Assembly: GCA_011620595.1 (NCBI GenBank)
Contig: WOYX01000062.1
Span: 40,300 to 104,299 of the forward strand
DNA from: Bacteroidales bacterium
Lineage (GTDB): Bacteria > Bacteroidota > Bacteroidia > Bacteroidales > VadinHA17
Reading direction: 5' to 3'
DNA length: 64,000 nt
Below, one piece after another: positions 41,174 to 50,407 of this stretch. Made by a program: the position numbers and the translations under genes. Position 1 is the stretch's first letter. Each line of letters starts with the position of its first letter. The notes below the pieces were generated by a model. That model made no database searches and had not been told where the DNA came from. It was given only the letters and a program-made list of their open reading frames with translations.

Positions 41174-42529
41174 TTATCCGAGGTAGCTCAGCATTATCCC
41201 TGCTGCGATGGCAGATCCGATTACGCCGGCCACATTTGGACCCATGGCATGCATCAGAAGATGGTTAGTCTTGTCGGCCTTGAGCCCTTCCACCTCAGAT
41301 ACGCGCGCGCTGTCAGGCACGGCGGAGACACCTGAGTTGCCAATAAGTGGATTGATCTTGTCTCCTTCGGGCAGGAAGATGTTCATTGTCTTGGCGAACA
41401 GTACTCCCGCGGTGGTTGCTATAGCAAAGGCTGCTGCACCCAGGGCAAAAATGAGGATCGACTCCTTTGTCAGGAATACGTCAGCCTGTGTTGAAGCACC
41501 AACGGTTAGCCCTATCATTATATTCACGATATCTATCAGGGATGTGCGGGCTGTCTCTGCCAGTCTCTTTGTTACGCCCGACTCCTTGAGTATGTTTCCG
41601 AAGAAGAGCATACCCAGTAGTGGCAGTGCACTTGGTGATATAAAGCAGGTAAGCAGCAGTCCGAATATAGGAAAGAGTATCTTTTCGGTCTTGGTGACGG
41701 CGCGGGGCGGCTTCATGCGTATCAACCTCTCCTTCCTGTTGGTGAGGAGTCTCATGATCGGAGGCTGAATGACAGGCACGAGTGCCATGTAGGAGTATGC
41801 CGCTATGGCAATGGGGCCGATGAGGTTTTTCACCGGGGTGCCGTCAGCCAGCAGATTCATTCCGTTGGCCAGGCGGGAAGAGATGAATATAGCCGTAGGG
41901 CCATCCGCTCCTCCGATTATGCCTATTGCTCCGGCTTCAGGGGGAGCAAATCCCAGCAGAAGAGCTCCGATGAATGTAATGAATATCCCAACCTGTGCGG
42001 CAGCACCCAGGAGAAGCAGTCTGGGATTGGATATCAGTGATGAAAAGTCGGTCATGGCACCTATGCCCAGAAAGATCAGGGGAGGATATACTCCCTTGAG
42101 CACCCCGAAATAGAGGTAGTTCAGTACGCTTCCCTGCTGGTAAATGCCCACCTGGAGGTTCATGCCGCCATCGGAAAAGATGGGTATGTTCCCTATCAGT
42201 ATTCCTGTTCCAATGGGTACAAGCAGCAATGGTTCATATTCATATCTTATGGCCAGGTAGATAAAAATCAGGCCTACCAGAATCATAATCAGGTGCCCTG
42301 ACGTCACATTACGGAACCCGGTGAAAGCCCAGAATTGCCTGAGACCAGCAAGAAATCCCTCTTCTGTCTGGTTGTCCGGCTGATACTGTGGAAGGGCAGC
42401 ACTGGCTTCAATTCCTGTTTCTGTCTGCGCTTTCTGCCTGTCATGTTCAGGTTTGACGAATGCCAGCCACGCCAGTGAGGTTATCACCAGCAGAGCAAGT
42501 ATAGTCCACGTCTTTCTCTTTGCCATCAC
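41174..42529 (-). CDS. mmdB: Na+-transporting decarboxylase beta subunit
   Basis: EPLLLVPIG, FLGIGAMTDF, IGIIGGADGPT, AAYSYMALVPVIQPP, SAVP, HAMGPNVAGVIGSA. Confidence 0.92.
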   Translation of the reverse strand: MMAKRKTWTILALLVITSLAWLAFVKPEHDRQKAQTETGIEASAALPQYQPDNQTEEGFLAGLRQFWAFTGFRNVTSGHLIMILVGLIFIYLAIRYEYEPLLLVPIGTGILIGNIPIFSDGGMNLQVGIYQQGSVLNYLYFGVLKGVYPPLIFLGIGAMTDFSSLISNPRLLLLGAAAQVGIFITFIGALLLGFAPPEAGAIGIIGGADGPTAIFISSRLANGMNLLADGTPVKNLIGPIAIAAYSYMALVPVIQPPIMRLLTNRKERLIRMKPPRAVTKTEKILFPIFGLLLTCFISPSALPLLGMLFFGNILKESGVTKRLAETARTSLIDIVNIMIGLTVGASTQADVFLTKESILIFALGAAAFAIATTAGVLFAKTMNIFLPEGDKINPLIGNSGVSAVPDSARVSEVEGLKADKTNHLLMHAMGPNVAGVIGSAIAAGIMLSYLG

Positions 42530-42960
42530 TAACCAATTACAATTAGAACCTCATCCTGAAGGACAGACTGCCCGGGGGCAATGTTTACAGCGGTGACCTT
42601 GCCTGCACTCTCTGCCTTAATGGCATTTTCCATTTTCATCGTTTCGAGGGTGCACACCGTCTGGCCGGCAATGACGTCGTCGCCCGGCCTGACAAGGACC
42701 TGGATGATAACACCCGGCAGCGGAGCTCTGATATCTGCAGCCTTGCCTGAAGAGGTTTTTTCGGGGGCTGGTTTGGTCTCCCTGGCCGGTCTTTCCTGTA
42801 CTGTTGCGCCGGTGACCACAGTCTTAATCTTGGGAATCTCGTGCTGCATCTCCACTTCGTAGAGAGTTCCGTTTACCTCTATCCTTGCAATGTTGTCGTC
42901 GATATCGAGCACCTCAACCTCATACAGGTTACCGTTGATCTTGAACTTATAGTTTTTCAT
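42529..42960 (-). CDS. mmdC: Biotin carboxyl carrier subunit of methylmalonyl-CoA decarboxylase
   Basis: MKNYKFKINGNLYEV N-terminus; APLPG; ETMKME biotinylation site. Confidence 0.9.
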   Translation of the reverse strand: MKNYKFKINGNLYEVEVLDIDDNIARIEVNGTLYEVEMQHEIPKIKTVVTGATVQERPARETKPAPEKTSSGKAADIRAPLPGVIIQVLVRPGDDVIAGQTVCTLETMKMENAIKAESAGKVTAVNIAPGQSVLQDEVLIVIG

Positions 42961-42991
42961 TCGATTGTTTAATTGTTATTTCATTGGTCGA

Positions 42992-43053
42992 ATGGAACTT
43001 GCATGAAAAAACAATCATGTCCTTTTGTGAGCTGCAGCTCATGCAAGTTTCAT
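42992..43053. repeat. ~62-bp inverted-repeat (hairpin) element, copy 1
   Basis: ATGGAACTTGCATGA...TCATGCAAGTTTCAT arms; homologous copy at 53339-53402. Confidence 0.75.
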
Positions 43054-43076
43054 CTTGCTCTCCGGTTATGGTGATC

Positions 43077-43448
43077 TTAAAGGTTATTCATATTGTATAA
43101 TTTCGAGCTCCACGGTGAGTAGTTCCTGGAGACACGCTTGATTGTTATGACACCGCTTTCCACGTCATGAAGCTCATTGAAGTACTGGTAGAGTGCCATG
43201 GCGATTGCCGCATTGACTTCTCCTGACTGAATTGTCCTTGCTGTCTGTGCTTCGGCCGGGTCAATTCCCTTTTTCCGGGCAAAGCTCTTCAGCTTGAAGT
43301 TCAGAATATATGTCAGTATATACCTGAAAAAGAAATAGACAACCAGCAGTGAAAGAAATACTATACTTATGCCGACCACAACGATGGTCCAGGCAAGCGG
43401 ATCAAGGCCTGCTGCAGCCCCGGCAAGTAAGAGTGTGTGCATTGTCAT
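43077..43448 (-). CDS. OadG/MmdD-type small membrane subunit
   Basis: One TM helix (IVVVGISIVFLSLL), AAIAMAL..HDVES..ITI..SPWSSK typical of Bacteroidales. Confidence 0.85.
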   Translation of the reverse strand: MTMHTLLLAGAAAGLDPLAWTIVVVGISIVFLSLLVVYFFFRYILTYILNFKLKSFARKKGIDPAEAQTARTIQSGEVNAAIAMALYQYFNELHDVESGVITIKRVSRNYSPWSSKLYNMNNL

Positions 43449-43454
43449 ATTTTG

Positions 43455-45014
43455 TCAGAGTGGAATGTTGCCATGTTTCTTCATCGGTCCCGGATCCTTT
43501 TTTGTCGTAAGGGTCCTGAGGGCCCTTATGATTCTGAACCTGGTATTCCGGGGTTCGATGACATCATCAATATAACCGTATTTTGCTGCTTCATAGGGAT
43601 TTGCGAACTTCATGCGGTACTCTTCCTCCTTCTTCAGGACGAATTCCTGACGTTCAACCGGGTCTTCTATCTCGCTGATAGCCTTTCCGTCGAGTATTTC
43701 AATGGCTCCGTGGGGTCCCATTACCGCGATCTCTGCCGTCGGCCACGCATAGTTAAGGTCACCTCTGAGCTGCTTTGAAGACATGACGCAATGAGCTCCT
43801 CCGTATGATTTTCTGAGGGTTATTGTCACCTTGGGCACGTTGGCTTCGCCGTATGCAAACATCAGCTTGGCGCCGTGGATTATTATGCCGCCGTACTCCT
43901 GCTTTGATCCTGGCATAAAGCCCGGGACATCGACAAAAGTAATAATGGGGATATTGAATGCGTCACAGAAACGGATAAAGCGTGCTGCCTTCCGCGAGGC
44001 TTCGATGTCAAGCACTCCTGCAAGGTGAGCGGGCTGGTTGGCAACGATTCCCACGGGCATGCCGTCAAACTTGGCAAAACCGACAACGATGTTCTTAGCA
44101 TAGGCTTCATGAACCTCCACAAATTCATGATAGTCGACCACGCGAATTATGACATCCTTGACATCATAAGGCTGGTTGGGGCTTTCGGGAATGATATCAT
44201 TAAGGTCATCCTCGAGTCTGTCAATAGGGTCATCGCACTCGGTCTGCGGCGGTTCCTCAAGATTATTCTGAGGCATAAAGCTAAGCAGTTTCCTGATGAG
44301 GTCGAGTCCCTCCTGTTCCTCATCCACGGTGAAGTGAGCAACACCTGATTTTGTGGCGTGGACATCAGCCCCGCCGAGATCATCAATGGATATATCTTCG
44401 CCTGTGACTGTCTTTGCCACTTTCGGACCGGTGACGAACATATAGCTGCTCTTGCGACTCATCACAATAAAGTCGGTCAGCGCCGGAGAATAAACTGCGC
44501 CGCCGGCACAGGGGCCAAAGATGGCGGATATCTGCGGTATCACACCGGAGGCCAGTATATTCCTCTCAAAGATTTCGGCATAACCTGCCAGGCTTCTCAC
44601 GCCCTCCTGGATGCGCGCACCGCCGGAGTCGTTGATACCTATCACCGGTGCTCCCACCCGCATGGCCTGGTCCATTATCTTGCATATCTTCTGTGCGAAG
44701 GTCTCTGAGAGTGATCCTCCGAAGACGGTGAAATCCTGTGCAAAGACATAGACTACCCTACCGTCTATTGTACCGTGGCCGGTGATCACACCGTCAGATA
44801 GGTATTTCTTGTCGGCCAGGCCAAAATCCTCCGTTCGGTGGGTGACAAACATGTCATACTCTTCGAAGCTGCCTTCATCGAGCAGCATTGTTATGCGTTC
44901 CCTGGCTGTAAGCTTGCCCTTGGAGTGCTGGTTCTGAATGCGTTTTTCGCCCCCGCCCTCACGAGCTTTCTCCCTGAAATCAAGGAGCTGCTTAATTCTA
45001 TCCTGACTATTCAT
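43455..45014 (-). CDS. mmdA: Acyl-CoA carboxyltransferase (methylmalonyl-CoA decarboxylase alpha)
   Basis: [59 protein letters not shown]. Confidence 0.92.
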   Translation of the reverse strand: MNSQDRIKQLLDFREKAREGGGEKRIQNQHSKGKLTARERITMLLDEGSFEEYDMFVTHRTEDFGLADKKYLSDGVITGHGTIDGRVVYVFAQDFTVFGGSLSETFAQKICKIMDQAMRVGAPVIGINDSGGARIQEGVRSLAGYAEIFERNILASGVIPQISAIFGPCAGGAVYSPALTDFIVMSRKSSYMFVTGPKVAKTVTGEDISIDDLGGADVHATKSGVAHFTVDEEQEGLDLIRKLLSFMPQNNLEEPPQTECDDPIDRLEDDLNDIIPESPNQPYDVKDVIIRVVDYHEFVEVHEAYAKNIVVGFAKFDGMPVGIVANQPAHLAGVLDIEASRKAARFIRFCDAFNIPIITFVDVPGFMPGSKQEYGGIIIHGAKLMFAYGEANVPKVTITLRKSYGGAHCVMSSKQLRGDLNYAWPTAEIAVMGPHGAIEILDGKAISEIEDPVERQEFVLKKEEEYRMKFANPYEAAKYGYIDDVIEPRNTRFRIIRALRTLTTKKDPGPMKKHGNIPL

Positions 45015-45027
45015 AAAACCTTAGTGT

Positions 45028-45447
45028 TTATTGTTTCCTCTTTCCCTTGTCTTCACACAATTCGGTCAGAACGCCAAAGGTCGACTTCGGGTGGAGGAAG
45101 GCAATACTCAGTCCTTCCGCACCGCACCTCGGTTCAGGGTCAATAAGTCTGATACCTGCTTCTTCCACCTCCCGGAGGCGCTCTTCAATGCTTTCAACGG
45201 CATAGGCTAAGTGGTGTATCCCTTCCCCCCTCTTCTCAATAAATTTACCTATCGGTCCTTCAGGGTCCGTGGACTCCAGCAGCTCGATCTTTGTCTGGCC
45301 TATCATGAAAAAGGCGGTCCTGACCTTCTGGTCAGCCACCTCTTCAATGTTGTAGCACTTCAGTCCGAGCACCTTCTCATAAAACGGAATCGCCTCGGCT
45401 ATTGAATTTACGGCAATACCAATATGCTCAATATGTGTAGGTTTCAT
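45028..45447 (-). CDS. mce: Methylmalonyl-CoA epimerase
   Basis: IEHIGIAV, QKVRTAF, KIELLE, GEGIHHLA, FLHPKSTFGVLTELCE. Confidence 0.95.
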   Translation of the reverse strand: MKPTHIEHIGIAVNSIAEAIPFYEKVLGLKCYNIEEVADQKVRTAFFMIGQTKIELLESTDPEGPIGKFIEKRGEGIHHLAYAVESIEERLREVEEAGIRLIDPEPRCGAEGLSIAFLHPKSTFGVLTELCEDKGKRKQ

Positions 45448-45599
45448 AAAACTGACTGTATTAATTTTCCAAAAAAAAGATATCGCAAATTAATGGTAAT
45501 TACCCCCCACTTCCAGAACAATTATCATGTTTTCGATTTTTTTAAATCAGGCATTGCAGGGAGCCTCCGCTGGCTCACCGCCGGGCAGTAATTAGCGCG

Positions 45600-47162
45600 T
45601 CAGAACGGAAATTCGTCCGGAGTAGCCTCCAGCTCCTCGGTCTCTGGCTTAAGTGCTGCCTCATGAACCGGGTTTCCGTCGACGAAAATGGCCTTGTACG
45701 GCTTTGTCGGGCAGGCATATTCGCATGCGCCGCATCCTATGCATATCTCGTCCCTGACTTCCGGGATGAGCAGTTTTCCTTCATACGGTACCATATGACA
45801 GGCTTTTGTGGGGCAGTGTTCAGAGCATGCACCGCAGGCTGTCTTCTCAGTATGTACAATACAGTTCTCCTTGATAAAGACGGCCTTGCCTAGCTGGGTC
45901 AGCTTCTTGGCTTCAATCATCAGGGGCATGATGGCTCCCGTGGGGCAGACGTCGGTACAGCGGTTGCAGTCATAATTGCAGAACCCCCTGTGAAAATCCA
46001 TCCGCGGCTGCATGATACTGGCGAAGCCGTATTCGCTGACAGAAGGCTGCAGAACATGGGTAGGGCATTCAATGATACAGAGGGAGCAGGCCGTGCATCT
46101 TGATATGTATGATTCGATGCTTACCGAGCCTGGCGGTGAGACCGGATAGAGCCTGTCTTCCCTGACAGTTGATTCCTTCGTTGGCGCAGGCGGATCACCC
46201 TGGGCGCGTAACAGCTGGGAAGCTCCGGTGAGAAGCACAATTGAACCGGTGATGAAATTGCGCCTGGAGGGGTCTGTCTCCTCTTTTTTTGTGCTGCGCC
46301 TGAGGCGTACGGGACCATACGACATGGCATTTTCACTGCAGCTGTCAAGGCAGTTGAAGCAGTTGACACACCTGCTTACATCAATATGTTTGTTGAGAAA
46401 GTCAATGCATGACGATTTGCACGCCATGGCACATCTCCCGCACCGGGTGCACTTTTCCTCTTCAAAACGAATCCTGAAGATTGATAACTTGCTGAGAAGT
46501 CCGAGGAAAGTACCCACGGGGCATACGGTGTTGCAGTAAAGTCTTCCGTAGCGGAAGGACAGAAAGCCTACAAGAAATAGAAACGCTACGGGAATGAAAT
46601 AAGCTGCCAGCTCATAGGGAACAATATCTATCCTGTAAAGAGCGTATATGTCAAACTTGCCGAGCAGTGTGGCCAGGAGGTTATTGATAAGCAATACTAC
46701 AGGCTGTCCAAAATAGGTCATAAACCTGCCAAAGATGCTGTAGGGATCAAGAATGGTAAGCACATATACGCCGCCGAGGACCAGTATTCCGGCAGTAAGC
46801 ACAAGTATGAAGTAACGGAGCCATGTGTAGGGCTTCTTGTAGCCGTATCTGCGGAAGCGTCTCTTAATCAATCCTCCCATGCGGCTGAAAACATCCTGAA
46901 GTATTCCCAGCGGGCAGAGGAAGGAGCAATATGTCCGCCCTGTGATGAGAGTAAGTATAATGATTACTATGAAGCCTGTGGCGGCTGCCACGCCGGCAAT
47001 GACAAACTTAAGCAGCGAGGGTGCAAACTGGAGGTACAGTATCGGACCAAAGGCCTTCTCTCCCAGTGTCCCCCTGTAATCAATAAAAAGATAAACAAAT
47101 ATCAGCAGCACGAATACTGCAAAAACGGTTCGTATATGTCTGAGTGCCGATGACCGCATCAA
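45600..47162 (-). CDS. Membrane polyferredoxin (NapH/MauN-like N-part plus NapF/G-like C-part)
   Basis: Several TM helices, two CxxxCP motifs, about six 4Fe-4S motifs, internal SRRNF twin-arginine followed by a hydrophobic stretch. Confidence 0.9.
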   Translation of the reverse strand: MMRSSALRHIRTVFAVFVLLIFVYLFIDYRGTLGEKAFGPILYLQFAPSLLKFVIAGVAAATGFIVIIILTLITGRTYCSFLCPLGILQDVFSRMGGLIKRRFRRYGYKKPYTWLRYFILVLTAGILVLGGVYVLTILDPYSIFGRFMTYFGQPVVLLINNLLATLLGKFDIYALYRIDIVPYELAAYFIPVAFLFLVGFLSFRYGRLYCNTVCPVGTFLGLLSKLSIFRIRFEEEKCTRCGRCAMACKSSCIDFLNKHIDVSRCVNCFNCLDSCSENAMSYGPVRLRRSTKKEETDPSRRNFITGSIVLLTGASQLLRAQGDPPAPTKESTVREDRLYPVSPPGSVSIESYISRCTACSLCIIECPTHVLQPSVSEYGFASIMQPRMDFHRGFCNYDCNRCTDVCPTGAIMPLMIEAKKLTQLGKAVFIKENCIVHTEKTACGACSEHCPTKACHMVPYEGKLLIPEVRDEICIGCGACEYACPTKPYKAIFVDGNPVHEAALKPETEELEATPDEFPF

Positions 47163-47165
47163 CTG

Positions 47166-48092
47166 CTACATTTTCATCCTGTGGATGTTCATTGAGGAGA
47201 GGTCCATCTTGCCTGCTCCCATGGCTGCGGCCAAGGCTATATGCTCAATTGATGACGGCTCTTTGCCCATCATTTTGGCGCCTGCAGCATCAATTGCCAC
47301 CCAGTCGGTGGAGATCATCAGGGATTTCATATTTGAGAGGTCTCCCACCGACACACCACGGGGACCGTTGCGCATCATCACATTATAGGCATCCATGATG
47401 TTCAGTGCGGGCTTTTTGTCAAAGAGGGTATAGTCGGCTATGCACTGGTTGAGATTGTTCCTGTGCCAGTAACCACGGTCCCAGACAACACCCATCATAT
47501 TCTTAAGGGCACCGGTCATCCTTGCCGAACTGTGATGCTTGAGAATGGGCACATTGATAAAAACATCGCTGCTGAGCACCAGTTCATGAACCTTGGTTTT
47601 TGTAAGCTTCTTCCCGTTGGGAATGGTCACCTCCTGGTAGTAACTCTCAGAACCGCTGGGCACCATTTTTGCGCCGGCATCCTTTACAGTCTGCTCTATG
47701 CCGGAGTTCTTGTAGCATTTGATCCAGTTATCGCAGGTATTGTCGAAGACATATACCTCTTTGGCCCCTGCCCTGAAGCAATGTTCTATGACCCTCTTCA
47801 CGAGGGCAGGATTTGTATTTGCACCCTTATCAGGTACAACATCCCATCCTATATTAGGCTTGACAAGAACCTTCTGTCCCTTGCCAACAAATGTACCCAT
47901 GCCTCCCATTGCCTGTATACCGAGATCAAACATTGCAGCAGGTTCTCCGCCCATGACAGCCACAAGATCATAGTTGGCCCCCGATGGCATCGGTTTGCCT
48001 GCAAACAGCTTCTCATACCTGCCAAAACTCATCATGGCTCCTGCTGCCATCCCGGCACCGAGAGAACTGCGCAGAAATTTGCGTCTTTTCAT
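47166..48092 (-). CDS. DUF362 domain protein with Tat signal peptide
   Basis: MKRRKFL Tat motif; VLVKPN, TNP..V, INVPILKHH...TGALKNMMG, D.VAID motifs of DUF362. Confidence 0.88.
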   Translation of the reverse strand: MKRRKFLRSSLGAGMAAGAMMSFGRYEKLFAGKPMPSGANYDLVAVMGGEPAAMFDLGIQAMGGMGTFVGKGQKVLVKPNIGWDVVPDKGANTNPALVKRVIEHCFRAGAKEVYVFDNTCDNWIKCYKNSGIEQTVKDAGAKMVPSGSESYYQEVTIPNGKKLTKTKVHELVLSSDVFINVPILKHHSSARMTGALKNMMGVVWDRGYWHRNNLNQCIADYTLFDKKPALNIMDAYNVMMRNGPRGVSVGDLSNMKSLMISTDWVAIDAAGAKMMGKEPSSIEHIALAAAMGAGKMDLSSMNIHRMKM

Positions 48093-48242
48093 ACCCTTCT
48101 GTATCTTATATTACCCCAAAAATGAGAATGCGCAAAATAAACATTTTTTTTAATATATAGCTACCGTATTCTTATATTAGCAGCCTGAGGGCAAGGCAGT
48201 GCGCCACGGTGCCTGAGGATAACCGAATGTTAAAAAAACCTA

Positions 48243-49577
48243 ATGATGAGGATAGCAATATATGACTGTTTTTCGGGAATAAGCGGTGACATGAACCTCG
48301 GGGCTATGCTCGACCTGGGCGTTGACCGCGATATCCTGATTGAAGGCCTCAACAAACTGAAACTGCAGGGATGGCATCTTGAGATCACCGCTGACCAAAG
48401 GCACGGCATCACTGGCACGAAGGTTACGGTGGTGACAGAAGACGACAATGATCATATCCATGACCATTCCGGAGGAGACAGTCATGAGCCTCATCACGGT
48501 GAGCCTCAGAATACCGGAAGTCACCATCATGAGAATAATCACGCTCACCATCAAGAGCATCATCATCACGGTGAGCAGGCGCAGGAGGAGGCCGGAGGAG
48601 GCCGGCAACCGCACAGAAACCTTGCCGACATAGAGAAGATCATCAACGGCAGTTCTCTCGACAGTAAGATTAAGGATACGGCCCTGGGTATCTTCAGACA
48701 TATAGCTGAAGCTGAGGCCGCTGTTCACGGCAAGCCGGTCAGTGAGATTCATTTTCACGAGGTGGGTGCAATAGATTCAATCATTGACATCGTGGGTGCG
48801 GCAATTTGTTTTGAGGCACTTGCAGTTGACAGGGTATATGCTTCCGTCGTAGAGCTCGGCGGAGGGTTGGTCAGGTGTGCACACGGGGTGATGCCTGTCC
48901 CGGCCCCTGCCACGGCCAGAATCATCAGCGGCTTCCCGGTACACACCGGAGGAGTTGATTTTGAGGCTACAACACCTACCGGTGCTGCAATTATTGCTGC
49001 GATGGCAGAGCCACTTCCCGCAGATATCTCATATGTTATCAGGAAAAGCGGTTATGGTATCGGGCAGAAGAACAACCCGTCGCTTCCGAATATCCTGAGG
49101 ATAATCCTGGCCGAGAGTGCTGAAGAACGGCCCAGGGGTCACAATGCCGTGCTGGCGGAATGCAACATTGACGATATGAACCCTGAGATATCGGAACATA
49201 TTTCAGGAAGATTGTTTGCCGCCGGCGCCGGTGATGTCTGGTTCACCCCGGTCATCATGAAAAAGGGAAGACCGGCATATACCCTGAGTGTACTCTGCGG
49301 TGAGGAGCACCTGGATGCGGTGAGGGAGGTTATCTTCACCGAATCGACCACCATTGGTCTCAGGGTGGTGCCCGTCATGAAGGAGACGCTTCACCGGGAG
49401 TTTGAAGAGATGGAGACGCCCTACGGGCCGGTTGTCATCAAAAAATCATACTACAACAACAGGCTTGTTTCGGTCAAGCCTGAAGCTGACCGGTGTGCTG
49501 AGATAGCCAGGGAGACAGGGCTGCCGATGAAGCAGATTATACAGGAGATAACAGCAGCCGTGCAGGAACAGGAATGA
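48243..49577 (+). CDS. larC: Nickel-pincer cofactor nickel insertase LarC
   Basis: DCFSGISGDMNLGA, His-rich insert, HFHEVGAIDSIIDIVG, HG..PVPAPAT, TPTGAA, ECNIDDMNPE, MKKGRP, T.G.R, KPE. Confidence 0.93.
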   Translation: MMRIAIYDCFSGISGDMNLGAMLDLGVDRDILIEGLNKLKLQGWHLEITADQRHGITGTKVTVVTEDDNDHIHDHSGGDSHEPHHGEPQNTGSHHHENNHAHHQEHHHHGEQAQEEAGGGRQPHRNLADIEKIINGSSLDSKIKDTALGIFRHIAEAEAAVHGKPVSEIHFHEVGAIDSIIDIVGAAICFEALAVDRVYASVVELGGGLVRCAHGVMPVPAPATARIISGFPVHTGGVDFEATTPTGAAIIAAMAEPLPADISYVIRKSGYGIGQKNNPSLPNILRIILAESAEERPRGHNAVLAECNIDDMNPEISEHISGRLFAAGAGDVWFTPVIMKKGRPAYTLSVLCGEEHLDAVREVIFTESTTIGLRVVPVMKETLHREFEEMETPYGPVVIKKSYYNNRLVSVKPEADRCAEIARETGLPMKQIIQEITAAVQEQE

Positions 49578-50407
49578 GCAGCAGTGAAAAACTTGACAGA
49601 CTCAGGGCGCTCATAGCTGAGTGCGGCGCTGCCGCCATAGCCCTATCCGGCGGTACTGACAGTACTTTCCTGGCCAGTGTGGCAGCAGCAGTGCCCGGCT
49701 TCAGGGTTATGGCACTGACGGTCAGGACACCCTATATGTTTGACGGTGAACTGAGAGATGCAGCCATATTCTGCAAAAGCATTTCAATAGAGCAGAAGGA
49801 GATCAGTGTATCAATACCGGTATCGCTGGGCGACAATCCCCCGGAACGGTGCTATCTATGCAAGAGTGAACTGATGGGAGCCATCGTGGCGGCAGCTGCG
49901 GAACAGGGATTTGACACTGTTTTTGACGGCACCAATGCAGATGACCTGCATGAACACCGGCCGGGTATGAGAGCCCTTAAGGAACTTGGCATAAGGAGTC
50001 CGCTGGCAGAGACAGGACTTACAAAGAGTGAGATCAGGCAGCTGGCACGAGAAGCAGGGCTCGAGGTGAGCGACAAGCCATCCAACTCCTGCCTCCTTAC
50101 CCGATTCCCTCACGGCACCACGATCACAGTCGGTGATCTAAGGAGGGCACACGAAGCGGAGATGAGTATCTCAGCACTGGGGTTTGCCGGCGCAAGGGTA
50201 AGGATCCACGGGGAGCTGGCAAGGATAGAAATCAGGAGGGAAGAGCTGGCGCGTCTAGCGGATGAAGAGACCAGGAAGAAGATAACAGCTGCAATCAGGC
50301 AATCGGGTTACCGGTACGTAACCATTGATCTGGAGGGTTACCGCAGCGGTAGCATGGACATAAAAGAAGCCAAACATGAATGCCCTGGAACTGGAAAAGA
50401 TACTTAA
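49574..50407 (+). CDS. larE: NPN sulfur transferase LarE
   Basis: PP-loop SGGTDS, RCYLCK, DGTNADD...RPG, SCLLTRFP, RVR.HG..ARIE, GYRSGSM. Confidence 0.93.
   Translation: MSSSEKLDRLRALIAECGAAAIALSGGTDSTFLASVAAAVPGFRVMALTVRTPYMFDGELRDAAIFCKSISIEQKEISVSIPVSLGDNPPERCYLCKSELMGAIVAAAAEQGFDTVFDGTNADDLHEHRPGMRALKELGIRSPLAETGLTKSEIRQLAREAGLEVSDKPSNSCLLTRFPHGTTITVGDLRRAHEAEMSISALGFAGARVRIHGELARIEIRREELARLADEETRKKITAAIRQSGYRYVTIDLEGYRSGSMDIKEAKHECPGTGKDT

Noticed and set aside
48093-48242. Nickel/cobalt riboswitch upstream of larC
   Set aside because: The GC-rich leader is only about 45 nt with a GCCTGAGG direct repeat; I cannot see the NiCo multi-stem consensus
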